NCBI RefSeq assembly: GCF_902459465.1
Contig: NC_047062.1
Location: forward strand, 33,604,001-33,668,000
DNA length: 64,000 bases
Direction of reading: 5' to 3'
Source of the DNA: Asterias rubens
Taxonomy: Eukaryota
Shown: positions 37,101-48,445 of the stretch, in pieces
Position numbering within the stretch: the stretch's first letter is position 1
Layout: every line of letters starts with the position of its first letter
Translations under genes and position numbers: made by a program
The notes under the pieces: generated by a model
What the model saw: only the letters and a program-made list of their open reading frames with translations
Told to the model about the DNA's origin: nothing
Databases searched by the model: none

Positions 37101-38407
37101 CACTATTATAGGAAGAAATGGTCTCCTGGGATAACATGGGGTATTGGAAGAATCCGAGTGTGGTAATGGTGCATTTATTGTTGAAGGAAGTCAATTGAAA
37201 GAGCGATTCTTATTTCAAGAAATTCAATTATTAGCGTCTTTCTTTCTGTGTGGCAGATTCAAGGTATAGGACCAACGTTCAAGTTAACAGTAAATCTTCA
37301 GAATACATCCCTTAATCTACCGTCCATGCAGCTTCTTATAACGTTCTTCTATGATGAGAAACTCTACTCACTACAGAAGACTATGATTGATGTAAGTACA
37401 GATCTTAACAATGTGGAATGATATTTGGTTTTACCCATAGATGGATGTGTGTAAAGCACTCTAAAGACCCATTGCACAACGGGCAGCGCGCATACAGGTG
37501 CGTCTCCTCTCCTCTTCAAATGGTGGTCAAAACATGCACCAAAGAATGGAACATGTGTTTACACGCGCATTGGTGCGTAAACACGTGTACCATCCTTTTG
37601 TCCACATTTTGACCCCCAAAATGGCAGACAGAAGACGCGCTTGTATGCGTGCTGCCGTTGTGCAATGGGTCTATACTCATAGAGCCGATGTCTCACTACT
37701 AGACCACCGAGATTCCCTTATTTCTGCTTACTAAAGCAAAGAATCGGCACTTACAGAAGCAGGAAACTCTGCGCTTTCATCAAGCGTATTGCACTGGTTA
37801 GCAGTCATTCTTCACTTACACAGCTAGCACAGCAAGTTGGCACTTGCACAGTGAGCGGCAAGTGGTGACCGTAGGCGCAGAATTCGGTGGTAAGCAGAGC
37901 CATAAAGTTGGACCTTGGTACCTAGAGGCAGTTGGAATCCTGCATTTTAGGAGCAGGTTCGGCAACAACTTAGAAGAGAATAATGTGGATATTTTTTAAC
38001 AGGACTTGGGGGGGGGGACACAGAGTGTTGAGTACACAGTGCTTACGAGTAAACCCAAATAACATTCTTTATCAACGATGCAACTTTAGCCACTTTGGAA
38101 TGCTATTAGAAGAGTTTATCAGACCTTTGCTCAAATCATTTCAGCGTGTAACCACTTACTACTGTTTACTACAGACACTGACGGTTTTACTCAACTAATT
38201 TTCCATTATTATTTGTAATTTGCTTGACTGCAGGTCCCCATGCTTGTGCCAGGACTTAATTACTCCTTCGAGACTCTGGTGGAGTGTTTGAGTGATAAGG
38301 GAATCTCAGATGTAATCAAGGTATTTGTGTTGAAACAAGGAAAGACTAGTCCTGTAATTACAGCCATTATCAACATGCCAGTTAGTGAAACAATGGTGGT
38401 TGTCTAG
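22123..38407 (+). CDS. BBS1: Bardet-Biedl syndrome 1 protein (BBSome subunit)
   Basis: 14 phase-consistent exons: 22123-22184, 27106-27185, 27729-27911, 28639-28763, 30363-30451, 32392-32467, 33022-33153, 33588-33694, 34135-34255, 34976-35134, 35637-35865, 36616-36749, 37257-37391, 38234-38407(TAG). Motifs [52 protein letters not shown] and PMLVPGLNY match human BBS1. Exon 1 was chosen by phase and is the least certain. Confidence 0.96.
22592..22735. mobile_element. Dispersed repeat family 1 (tttgcggtaacaccatg...ttctgaaaagaacc...cgtttcgatcag) with hammerhead-like motif
   Basis: The same sequence recurs at ~26065-26180, 28385-28440 (reverse), 43920-44130 and 58576-58757 (palindromic). Confidence 0.7.
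23115..23516 (+). mobile_element. L2/CR1-clade LINE 3' fragment
   Basis: Encodes [65 protein letters not shown], the typical ORF2 C-terminus, and ends in an (att)n tail. Confidence 0.9.
23517..24960. repeat. 50-bp (variant 48-bp) minisatellite, ~29 copies, BBS1 intron 1
   Basis: Unit ttgtaacccttgatccttccaggggtcatagactgtcgaccgtcaggaga; 50-bp period verified at 24481/24531; degenerate units also at 23023-23094. Confidence 0.97.
26365..26680. mobile_element. MITE (caggccttgaa/ttcaaggcctg family) with tandemly amplified terminus
   Basis: Shares gggcaccacagcaaaagcac and ttcaaggcct with copies at 28815, 50040 and 63793; followed by 60-bp repeats of element end plus flank. Confidence 0.7.
27980..28385 (-). 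mobile_element. L2/CR1-clade LINE 3' fragment
   Basis: Encodes [41 protein letters not shown], then a 3' UTR and (att)n tail on the minus strand. Confidence 0.88.
28815..29157. mobile_element. MITE with internal 21-bp tandem repeat (~10 copies)
   Basis: Imperfect TIRs caggccttgaa / ttcaatgacctg; internal unit ctgtggtgccctgtgctttta. Confidence 0.8.
29657..29820. repeat. ~42-bp tandem repeat, 4 copies
   Basis: tactgtcatgcagtagtctagtcagatgaggatta recurs four times. Confidence 0.9.
30643..32207 (+). repeat. 78/79-bp tandem array (~20 copies) of a tRNA-like SINE head, BBS1 intron 5
   Basis: Unit agcttggctcggttgtttctttccctgcctttcacctctgtggaccttagttcgaatcccacctcagactgaagccttc; 79-bp period verified at 31981/32060; each unit has an A-box-like tggctcggttg and a B-box gttcgaatcc. 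Confidence 0.95.
32513..32851. mobile_element. TTAA-flanked MITE, same family as 6657-7034, opposite orientation
   Basis: ttaa|aggcactggataggtttggtaattactc ... attaccaaatgtgtcgagtgcct|gtaa. Confidence 0.7.
33175..33475 (-). mobile_element. tRNA-derived SINE
   Basis: Reverse complement has gtggccaagcgttctaagtcac head, gggttcgattc B-box and the family core. Confidence 0.75.
34009..34104 (+). repeat. Exact 96-bp intronic duplicate of the BBS1 exon 9 core
   Basis: 34009-34104 is identical to 34148-34243. Confidence 0.95.
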
Positions 38408-40436
38408 TTTGAGGGATCTCCACTGGTCTTAAAAGAAAGACCATAGAACTAGCCCTTGCTGGTTATGAAGATCATTTTATTGATCTTGAAAACTAGTTGC
38501 CAATTACAGAAAGTCTGAAAAAAAATACAAGATGAGTCTTAACGCACTGTCATTATTTATTTAGAATTCATAAGCTTTTGGTTTTAGAGCTCATGGCCAA
38601 AATTCACAGAGTTGCTTTATTTAAGCAGAAATTAAAAGTGGGCCCAATTTCAGAGAGCTGCTTGAGTAAACAATACTGCTTAAAAATGATTTTCTGAGCA
38701 AAAATAAACAAGATACCAGTCAAATATGCTACATGTTACATTGTGTTTTGGCTGGCAACCCAACTCTGGTAAGCAGATTTTTGTTGTGCTAAGCTACCTT
38801 TTTCTGCTTAAGCAGCTGTATGAAATTGTCCACCTTATTCTAGTGTATAAACACTGCTTGGCGTGCACAGCAATTTTTTGTGCTTACTTAGTCACAAATT
38901 ATATGCAATTGATATATATTTTGTTACACAATTACTTTACTGACACTAAGTGTCTCAATAAAGCAAGTTGTTCAAACCGATCTGTACACATCCGGTCAAT
39001 CGTTCAACAAAGAATACAGAAGATAATGTCCCAGTCACTTGAGCAAGGAGGTTAGATATAGTTATATGATGAACCAAAATATACACAGATAGTATCACAG
39101 CTTGATAATGTTTTAGATTTTCAGGTTTTAATTTTAAAAGCTTAACAAAAATCTTTCACTTGTGGAAGATTACAGAAAAAAACGGCTACTTGCGGCACTT
39201 ATTGTTATTAGAGTCGAACCGACTACAATTGGCATCTCCACACACCTTTACAAGTTTATCAAACAAGATTTTCATCTTGCATTCTAATTTGATTTTGCTG
39301 TAAAATATTGTTGCATATATTGTTTTGTAATCACTAGTGATACTGTACATACATCTTAATGTATTGTGTTGGAACAGCTGTAAGCATATTATTTGATTTC
39401 TGGGTGAAAGAGATACTTGCAAAATGACAAATGGTTCAATTTGAACAATTGACCGCCACTGATACTGTGTTGTTTTTAGTTTGTACATATATATGAAAAA
39501 TGATAGACTATATGTATATATTGAGATGTGCTTTATTTCTGAACAAGGATTTAAACCCGAATTAGAGATAAATAAACATTTTGAGAAACTGACTGTGCAG
39601 TGAAGATTTAGAAATTTATTTGAGAATTTATTGAAATATTTCTTTTGTGGAAAGCACAATGGTTGACATAAATGAGCCAAGCTATCCTGAATAATGACTC
39701 AACTTTGTAGCCGTTTTGGAGAAAGTTACCTTAAATGTGGGTGTATAATATTTGGTTTTTTTTCAACTCTTTGGCCAGGTTTAAATTCATATCAAAAATA
39801 CTGCTCTATTCTAAATTGTTTCGATACTTTACACATTGCAAATCTATATTGTATGTACTTAAAACTAAAACCGTTTTCAAACTATAGATTTATATCAAAT
39901 ATTAAATGTATTTTATAAGATAAAACTAAGCTATCCTTTTGAACATACACAACAATTTGACCCACCAAAAACAACTAAAAGTAACAAACATCCCAACACC
40001 ACAAGAAACAAAATGGTAAACACTTTGCACTTTCCAATATTTAAATTTCAGGCCATTATAAAGTCTGTTTCAGTCTTAACTAATTTTGAAATTTGAATTA
40101 AGTATAGGATTTGGAGCAGAGTTTCATCCTGCACAACGATTGTTCTGTAGTTTTTGAATATGCATGCAATCCGGAGGTCATAGGTTCAAATCCAGCCACC
40201 ATAAATTTGTGTTTGTTCAACCCTGAATTGGTTGTATCAAGTTATGCATGACTATAACAATTACATGTATGTACAAGAGGTCAACCAAATACACAAAATC
40301 ACTATCACTGATTCACTAAGTTTGAGAAAGTTTTGAGCATTATTTTAAATTTACATCGAGTTGGCCTAAAGCCATTCATTAATTTCTCAGGTAAATGTTT
40401 TCTTTCCTAACCAATGGAGACTTAGAATGTGAGTCC

Positions 40437-43400
40437 CTACTCCACAGGTCGGACATAGTTCTTACATCGACCCAAGGGTTTCAAGGTCAGTTCATCAAGA
40501 ATCTCATGACCTTGACCTGGCAAAAGGTCAAAGTCGAATCGATGGAGCAACTTGGCCAACAGAACCCTGGCTTCGATCTGAAAACAAAATAAACGGATTA
40601 CACAAAATATGTGGACAAGTTAATTTAACTATTGTGGCTTTCTAGTTGCTATGAGCACAGACTGACCACGCCTTATAACCCAACCCCTAACTGACCACGC
40701 CCTATAGCCCAACCCCTAACTGACCACGCCCTATAACCCCACCCCTAACCCCATTGGGTAGGAGTAATTGTCGTGCCTCGATCAGCTAAGATGCAAGAAC
40801 AACAATCAAATAATAAAAGTATAAAATAAATAATGCACATTTATTACTAAATTGTAGAGTCTGAAACGGTTTTTTATTGTTGCTCTAATTGCTGGGAATA
40901 ATATACACTCGGCTGGCCACCCTTTAAAATCCAACGGGCCTAATTGAGTGATTTTTATCACATCACATCCATGTGTTCTAAGAGTTTGATGAGTATACTT
41001 ACAATGGCAAACTGTTGACCAATGCAGTTACGACTGCCCAAGGAGAATGGAAAGTAGGCATACTGTGGTCTGAAAGGGTTAAACAAAATAATAGTTTCAA
41101 CTCATTGTAAATCGTCGTTGGTGTTGGGTTTGATATCTGCTTGTTTGCAGGATTTCAGAATATACATTGTAATTGCAATCATTTTTGGTCGCTTATGTTT
41201 AAATATCAATTATTTAATATAGCCGGGTTTTCTTGGTTAGTTGAACACATTGCTTAAGGAATTTGCATGACTCAAAACGAAATTTAATGCCCGATTTCTG
41301 AATTGGAAACGCTTATGAACTGGAGAGGTAAAATGTCTGTAGCTTTAACTTGAATGCAAGGAAATTAAATCGGCTGCTCATTTTCCGAATGTGACCGAGA
41401 AAACCTATATCATTACTTTAATTTTGTAGGCTACGTGACATAAGTGTGTTTTCTTTTCTCACCACCCTGTATAATAACGTAATAGAGATGTACAAGTGAA
41501 TAGTTCTTACTTGTCATCACTGGCATTAAAGCGATCCGGATCAAACTGCATTGGATCGTGGAAATACTCCTCCATTCTTGCCATAGCAAACGTGTTCATC
41601 TGTAATGCAATCATAATTATCAGTTTGAACTATCGGGGATGTCAAATGTCAGTATTCACTAAACACCGAAATATCACAGATTTGGTAAAGTTGCACCGAA
41701 GTTTTTTATCTAGGAGTTTTGGAGGCTCATTTTCCAGGACAAGAACCCAAATTCACCTCATAATCTAAATATCATATACCACTATATTTCGTGCATTTTG
41801 GGTTAGTTTACTTCAATGTATACAGGAAACATTCATAATTGATGTTATTTCACAATAAAACATTATATTGTAACTTATGACTGTTTGTGTCACAAACCTA
41901 CCAGAACAATAGTCCCTTCGGGTATTTTATATCCTTTGACTGTGACGTCATGAGCAAGTTCCCTCCCAGTACCCGTTACAGGAGGCCAGAGACGAAGTAC
42001 TTCTTTAAGAACCTAAAGTAAAACGAGTTCAAAGTCCGATTTAATTATTGATGAATAACTTGAATGATTCGTAAATGCATCGGTAGTCTTGATTCAAAAC
42101 GTTACATCGTTAGATATAATTTGTGACGATTAGTTATGTAACTCGTGAGACTATCGTTTCATTGAAATCAAAGTATATGCCTACTGATTATTTGGTTGTT
42201 GGTAACACCATACTTACTGCGTATGCATTGTGTTCTTTTGAGAACTTGCAGAACTTGCAGAACTTGTCTTGCTTTATATTCTACTATACTGCCGAGTAAA
42301 TTTTTCGGAGTTCGGGACACTTCTCCGTTCTGAAAAGAACTGTCCTGTTTTTAAACTATTACCTAGGCGGAATGTAGAAAATCTGCCGGGACTACTACTT
42401 TAGCTTTAGTGGATCGAGGGGAATTCTCATCATTAGATTCACTACCGCGGAGTGAGCATTGGTCTCAACGTTTCGACTTGTTTTTTTTCCCGATCTTCAT
42501 TACGTACCTGCATCATGTAACTGAGTTTGACTACATCGCTGTATTCCAAATAATCCTTATCACCATACACTGACTCTACCTCGGTTTTCAATCTGTTACA
42601 ATCAAAACAAAATATTGTTTCATATAATGGAAATATGATAACATTGGTTTAAATCATATTACTCAATTATTTATAAATTCGAGAAAAAAACAATTCTCCA
42701 AAGATATTCCTTCTCAAAAACTTTCACAGCTTTGCGATTTGAGTCGAAATATATTTTTACCTGTGCATGACTTCTGGATGGTGACCAAGTTCTAGCAGAG
42801 TGAAACTCAACAAGTTTGAAGTAGTTTCTTGACCTGATGACCAAAGAGATAAACAACTGATGTGTGTTTGTTTACTGGAACACAAATTAATACTGTTCGT
42901 GAACATGGGCAAATCTGTCACTAGTATGAAAACAATTTCTCGATCTAACAAATTATGAGTTTTTAACAATATTATGCTTGTGAACAAATCCATCGTTTAC
43001 ATTAAATATTTGTTCTCACAGAGATGTAAGGAATCATGAAACTTCAATATTTCTGTAAACATAACATTGATTTCCTATTATTCTCGATATTATTAAATAA
43101 AAATGGAAACTCAAGTTCAAATTGTGCTTAAAGTTGAAGGACTTTCAATGCTTTTAAGATAAGAGATTCCAATTACCAGCAATAAAGAAAGTGAGAAACT
43201 CATCTATGACGTTCTCCATCGGATCTTTATCTTTTCCAGACGCTTCAGTCACTGATTTTAAGATGTATGTTAAGATATCTTGAGGAACATCTTCCTCCCT
43301 TTGTATGGCTTCCAGTCTTTTCTCGATGCATTTTCTTCCAGTGTCTCTCAGGAACTTGATGCTATCTCGGACTTCTTGTTTGTGTTTACGAGCAGCTGGA

Positions 43401-46400
43401 AGTGGATTGATCTGCAAACATCTTAAGACTTTAGCAATCTAATGTAATCATTATTTTTAAAATCACTTTTTGTTTTAAGAGCACCACGTACAATTATCCA
43501 AAACCCCAAAACATTGGGCCTACCGGTAAAACGCAAAATTGTTAGCCGAGTTTTGTTTGTTTATACTACGAACAACAAAAGTTTCTTTTAAAAAATATTA
43601 TTGGAGAAAGTTTTTTTAAGATTACGTGACAAACTTGTTTATATGTTACAGTTCTATATAGGGTTAGGGGTAGCTCCGATTCTGAAACAGTGACACATGT
43701 TTATCGAATCCTGGAATCAATTCTGACCCAGACTTTTAGAGTGCGGCAAATAGACCTGACTTCCATTATTCTTACCGAAATGAATGGTGAGTTAATACAT
43801 GAGCTCATGCCGTTGAAACACTTATTAACTGCTTCAATGAAGGGAGATTTCTCATCAGACATAACATGAAGATCCAACCCAAACGCCACCTGATGGAACA
43901 ACAAGAATTACAACGCTACAGAAATGATAGTAAAGGTTTGCGGTTGATTATCTCTAAAATGAGTTGGGATGGTTCTGAAAAAAAACCGTTGGTTTCAAAT
44001 CCGATGTCGATCAGACTATGATCTGATCGTCTTCTCGAGAAAGCCGAACCACTTGAATGGTGTTACTGCAAACCTTTACTACCACCATGCAAATTGTCAA
44101 ATCCTGCTTCAGAAATTGGTATAACCCGACTCGGATTCATGTGGACAAAACGTACATTACAACGCTTCAGAAGTTATTAGAACCAAATTCAGATTCAAAT
44201 ACGGGCAAACATAATATTAAGTTTGAAATACATTTAGAGACAAAAATTGCTACATTATTTTGCGTTCTCATATTACTTTTAAATCTGGTCAACATTATAA
44301 TTTTTGCATTTTACATTGGTAAACATTTCAGGAAGGAATCATTGTGGTGTCTTGTTAATTATTTTAGCGGTTAATTCTTGTTTTGGTCTGTGTTTATAAC
44401 CACAGAGTGAGGACCTACAAGTAAGATCAAAGTATTCTGACGTCTAACTATATAATTATATTAAGTTGCTAAATATTTCAGCATTATCAAAATATGATTC
44501 CATTTAAATGATTCACTGTTAATAATATTCAATGCATATTTTTTATTGATTTAATGTCCGTACTTTAGCAATTACATCCAGTGTTGTTCTATTAAATTCA
44601 TCCAACATGGCCACTTCAGTCTTCCCATCAGCTTTATGGCTGAGTTTCTCAATAAGAAGATCTGCACTTGCATTAAACTGATGCATCAAATCAACCAAAT
44701 ATCTGTATCAAGAAAAAATACCAACAAAAACAACGATCACAAACAATAACAATTGAGACAATGGTTTATGGGTCCAACTATCTGAATCATTTTGGTGCCG
44801 ATGTCCCAGGAAAATCTGCCCGCGTGAGATTCTGTCACCATGGTAACGTGGTTTGAAGGAGGAGGATTGGAAAGGGCGCTGTCAGAAGAGGTTTGCACAC
44901 AATTCGCCGTATTGGCGACAGAATCTCCTGCCACAAAGGTTGAATCTCAATAAAATTCCTCACAAATTCAAACAAAAACAAGCGGAAATTGATGGCGCCT
45001 GCATGCAATAAAAAACATTACCAATTCAATAAATTCAATTGTCATCTTAAGACGTGTAAAACCAGACCCCTGCCAATGATAAAAAATATAATAATAACAT
45101 TTATGCATCAAAGAAGATTAAATGAAGAAATCATGAGCTGTATACATAAAGTTTAATTTTGTGCTTTTCACCTTTTATGAAATGCTGGATTGAGGAGCGC
45201 CCTCTTGGGTCCATGGACTGCTGGATTCAACTCACAAACGATGCTATCACCCAAAAGTCGAGCACCATATATCTTCATGAAAACCCAATAGAATGAGTAT
45301 GGCTTTCTATGGATCAATGTATTGGTGCATAAGATTTCCTGAGGGTAAAATAAAAGAGTGGAATAAAAATAAACGGCAATTTATTCATCAAACCAACCAT
45401 TTTATTTCTCTCCACAACAAGAACAGTATTAACCTGTAATTACAACAACATATATTAATATTCAATCATTACATATACCGTCTTCTGACGGTCATGACTA
45501 GAGCAAGCTAGTCGAAACGTTAAGACCAATACTAAGAGCTCACTCCGCGGAAATGCAGTTAATAACGATACACTAAGCTAAAGTGGTGGTCTCAGCTGAT
45601 GTTTACCTTCAGCCCGGATAGTAGCTAAAAAGCAGGACTATTCTTTTCAGAACTGAGAAGTTTCCCGAAAGTCTACGCCGCGGTAGTAGAATAAAGAAAG
45701 ACAGTTCAGAACAAACTCTACCTGGCAAGTAGTACACACATGGTGTTGCCTCAAACCAAATATTAATTGATACCGGATATCATATAAAATTGCATACCTT
45801 GACAAACTCTGCATCTAACACTACCACAAGCGGGTTGGAAAGCAGAAAGACATGAAATATCGGACCACATTCTTTCATTCTAGAAACAAACAGACAACAA
45901 AAAGTAAAATAAAACACACATGATAGTTTGCCTTTAGAATAATTTGTTATCACCAAGTAAATTGATTTGTTCACTCCATATACGTTGTCATTCAAAAACA
46001 GTTATTAAGTCTGCAACTAAATCGGATCTTTATATATGCTATTCCAAATAAGGCAGTTAGTGAACTATAAGCATTTTGAGACATTTTTTTAGACATCTGC
46101 ATGTACAGTTGGTTCTCCGCTCAGAACTGTTGCCCTCCTCCTCTTACCAATCCCGTAAAATAGATAAAAGGAAAACAAACATTCGTAGAATTTGTTGAGT
46201 TTCCGCAGTTATGTTTGATACTCGCACATGTACGTGACAGTAAATACGGAACAATAAATGTCTAAAACTTCTCACAAGGGTTTCCTCTTTATACAGGGCC
46301 TCCATCTGAAAATGTTTTTTACTTATTTGTTTATTTACGTATTTCTTATTTACCCTGGGGAGACCTCCCAGCAACTACAAACTACACATTAGAATTTAAA

Positions 46401-47118
46401 AATAAAGCAAGAAAATTAAACCATTAAAACATTACTATACTTACATATCTACAAATGCGCCTGCCATTGACAGATGCCTCTTCTTGTAGGAGAGCAGCTT
46501 GTACAAATGGCCAGTAAAGAAACTGGTAGGAATAATTGGTCAAAACAATATTATTTCAGTTTATCAAGATGTCAGTGAGACACAAGTTATTTACACTATT
46601 GTGAGCTTTTCCATTTACATGGTGTGTAACCCTGGAAAACTTTATGTGTCTTGCCAATACTTTTTCACTCATTTTGTTTACAAAAGGAATATTTAATTAG
46701 GTAAATTATTAGACACCCTTTTTTACTTCGCAACGAATGAAAGTGGTCGCAGGATACGACACTTATTCAATATGACAATTACTTATAGTATTGTAAAAAA
46801 AAATAATAAAAAAACCTTTCATGAGGTTAATACTGTTACGTTCAGGGCCCGAATTTTGGGTAAATTCCACAGGACCGTGGGGCTTGTATGTAGCTCAATA
46901 ATTTTTTTCTCCATTTCAATTGTTAACAGTGTATCATTGCATGCCAATATTGAATCAAAGTATACTCGCAAATATTCAACTCACCTTTCCCGCTGGGGTG
47001 ACGGAATATGTGCATATTTCCGATGTTGGTAATGAACAAATATCACAAAAGCCAAAAACAAGACAGTTATGCAGACCACAGGGGCAAGGATTACAACAGT
47101 GAACATATCGGCAGCCAT
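40437..47118 (-). CDS. CYP46A1: Cytochrome P450, cholesterol 24-hydroxylase-like (CYP46 family)
   Basis: 12 phase-consistent exons: 47118-46985, 46522-46445, 45879-45798, 45338-45172, 44702-44564, 43889-43776, 43411-43177, 42833-42761, 42592-42508, 42012-41902, 41599-41511, 41069-41003, then the terminal exon 40577-40437(TAG), i.e. 13 segments in total. Contains an N-terminal TM helix, I-helix FFIAGQETT, EVLR, FDPDRF and heme motif FSLGSRNCIG. Exon sizes 82, 139, 73, 85, 111, 89 and 67 nt match human CYP46A1 as recalled. May be one of several paralogs. Confidence 0.9.
42240..42500 (-). mobile_element. Dispersed repeat family 2 with hammerhead-like motif
   Basis: Shares ttctgaaaagaac, ccgcggagtgag and ttggtctcaacgtttcgac with the copies at 45480-45720 (opposite strand) and 54350-54600. 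Confidence 0.65.
44834..44847. promoter_or_regulatory. RFX X-box motif in a CYP46 intron
   Basis: GTCACCATGGTAAC fits the X-box consensus GTNRCCATGGYAAC and lies in a CpG-enriched patch. Confidence 0.35.
45480..45720 (+). mobile_element. Dispersed repeat family 2 copy with hammerhead-like fold
   Basis: gtctt-CTGACGG-tcat-gactag agcaag ctagtc-GAAA-cgtt-aagac at 45480-45526, followed by the family body. Confidence 0.65.
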
Positions 47119-48349
47119 TTTTAGTATTGTAGCCCTCCGGTAAAAATGAACTATTATAGTTAGTTAAAGCCCGTGCTTTGAACCACTGTGACGTTTTTCC
47201 GTTTTGGGTCAGTAGTTGTACAGAAAGGCTAACTAGCTAAAGGCTGCATTTGTTTGTATTGGTTCCAACCTGTGATCGTGTTTTTGTTGTCAATATCATG
47301 ACACTACCCCCCCCCCCCAACCTAGCCCCATTTGGGTCGTACTTGAAGTGGATTGGTTTGGACCCATTGGACCTACCACGTATAGGCCTACCCCCCCCCC
47401 CCCCCGGTGTGGTGGGTTTTGTATGCTATTGATTTGCCCTCCTGCATAAAGCCCAGACACTGAAAGCCCAGACATCGACCTTGATATCCTTGTTGGACCA
47501 TTCAACTACTTGTCAAATTCAACTACTTGTCAAAACTGCTGCCATAGCTTTACTTGAGAGAAAATGAAATCGGGCCCTGGTGGTTTTGAGACGCCCTCGG
47601 GTAATTGACTCACTAGAAATGTCATAGGACAAAACACGCCCTCTTTTGACATTGAAAGCGGTTTGAAGGGCTGACCACACCCACTGATGATGTGTGAACA
47701 AAAAAAAAGTGGTGTTCCGCTGAATTTTTTAAATTTCATTCAGCGATGTTGACTCTACACAAAGCAGGATGCAGGTGGACTATTCCACTTTTCCTCCAAA
47801 TAATTATTCCATTAGTGGGGTTGGGGGAGGGGGGGGGGATAAACAATTTAAGAATAATTATTTAAATTAAAAGAAACAATCACAAACTGATTGGAAAAAA
47901 CCTTGTTAAAAGCAAAAAAAGGTGAGGTGTTTCTAGAAGCCAAAAAAACGCTTGTGGCCAATAACATCCCAAAACCCACTCAATTTACACCAAAAACAAA
48001 AACAAACAACCTACTGAGGACAAGTCAGACAAAAATGACACTGAATTGTTGGGCGTTTTCCCACTAAATATAAGCAGACGTCTGTTGAATATTATAATAT
48101 CTTTGTTCTAAGATAAATTATGCAGGCCCAGTAACGATGTGCTGTCAAGCGGAAATTAACCAAAAACAACAAGCGATAAACAATAAAACTGTTAGCAGAA
48201 GAAGAAAAAATAAGTAAGAAAAAAATTGTTGGGCGTTGTTCCACAAGCAGGTGTCTGTTGACAAATTTATAATAATTATATCATTGTTCTTTGATAAATT
48301 ATGCAGGCCCAGTAATGATGTGCTGTCAAGCGGAAATTACCCCCCCCCC

Positions 48350-48445
48350 CCGGCATGCGACCGCTATACTTTACTCGTGTCTTTACGCTCGAGTGAACCG
48401 GAAACCTGTGGTTGAGCTTCACGTTGCTATGGCAGCACGGGCATG
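48350..48445. promoter_or_regulatory. CpG-rich candidate promoter between divergent CYP46 and spectrin genes
   Basis: ETS-like accggaa and X-box-like GTTGCTATGGCAGC (48423-48436) in a CpG-rich patch. Confidence 0.4.

Noticed and set aside
39186-39680. 164-aa minus-strand ORF downstream of CYP46
   Set aside because: AT-rich with non-coding-like composition, no motif and no splice context; probably 3' UTR or intergenic sequence.
40680-40752. Telomere-like aacccctaa repeats
   Set aside because: Only three 29-bp units of a local minisatellite; not a (TTAGGG)n tract.
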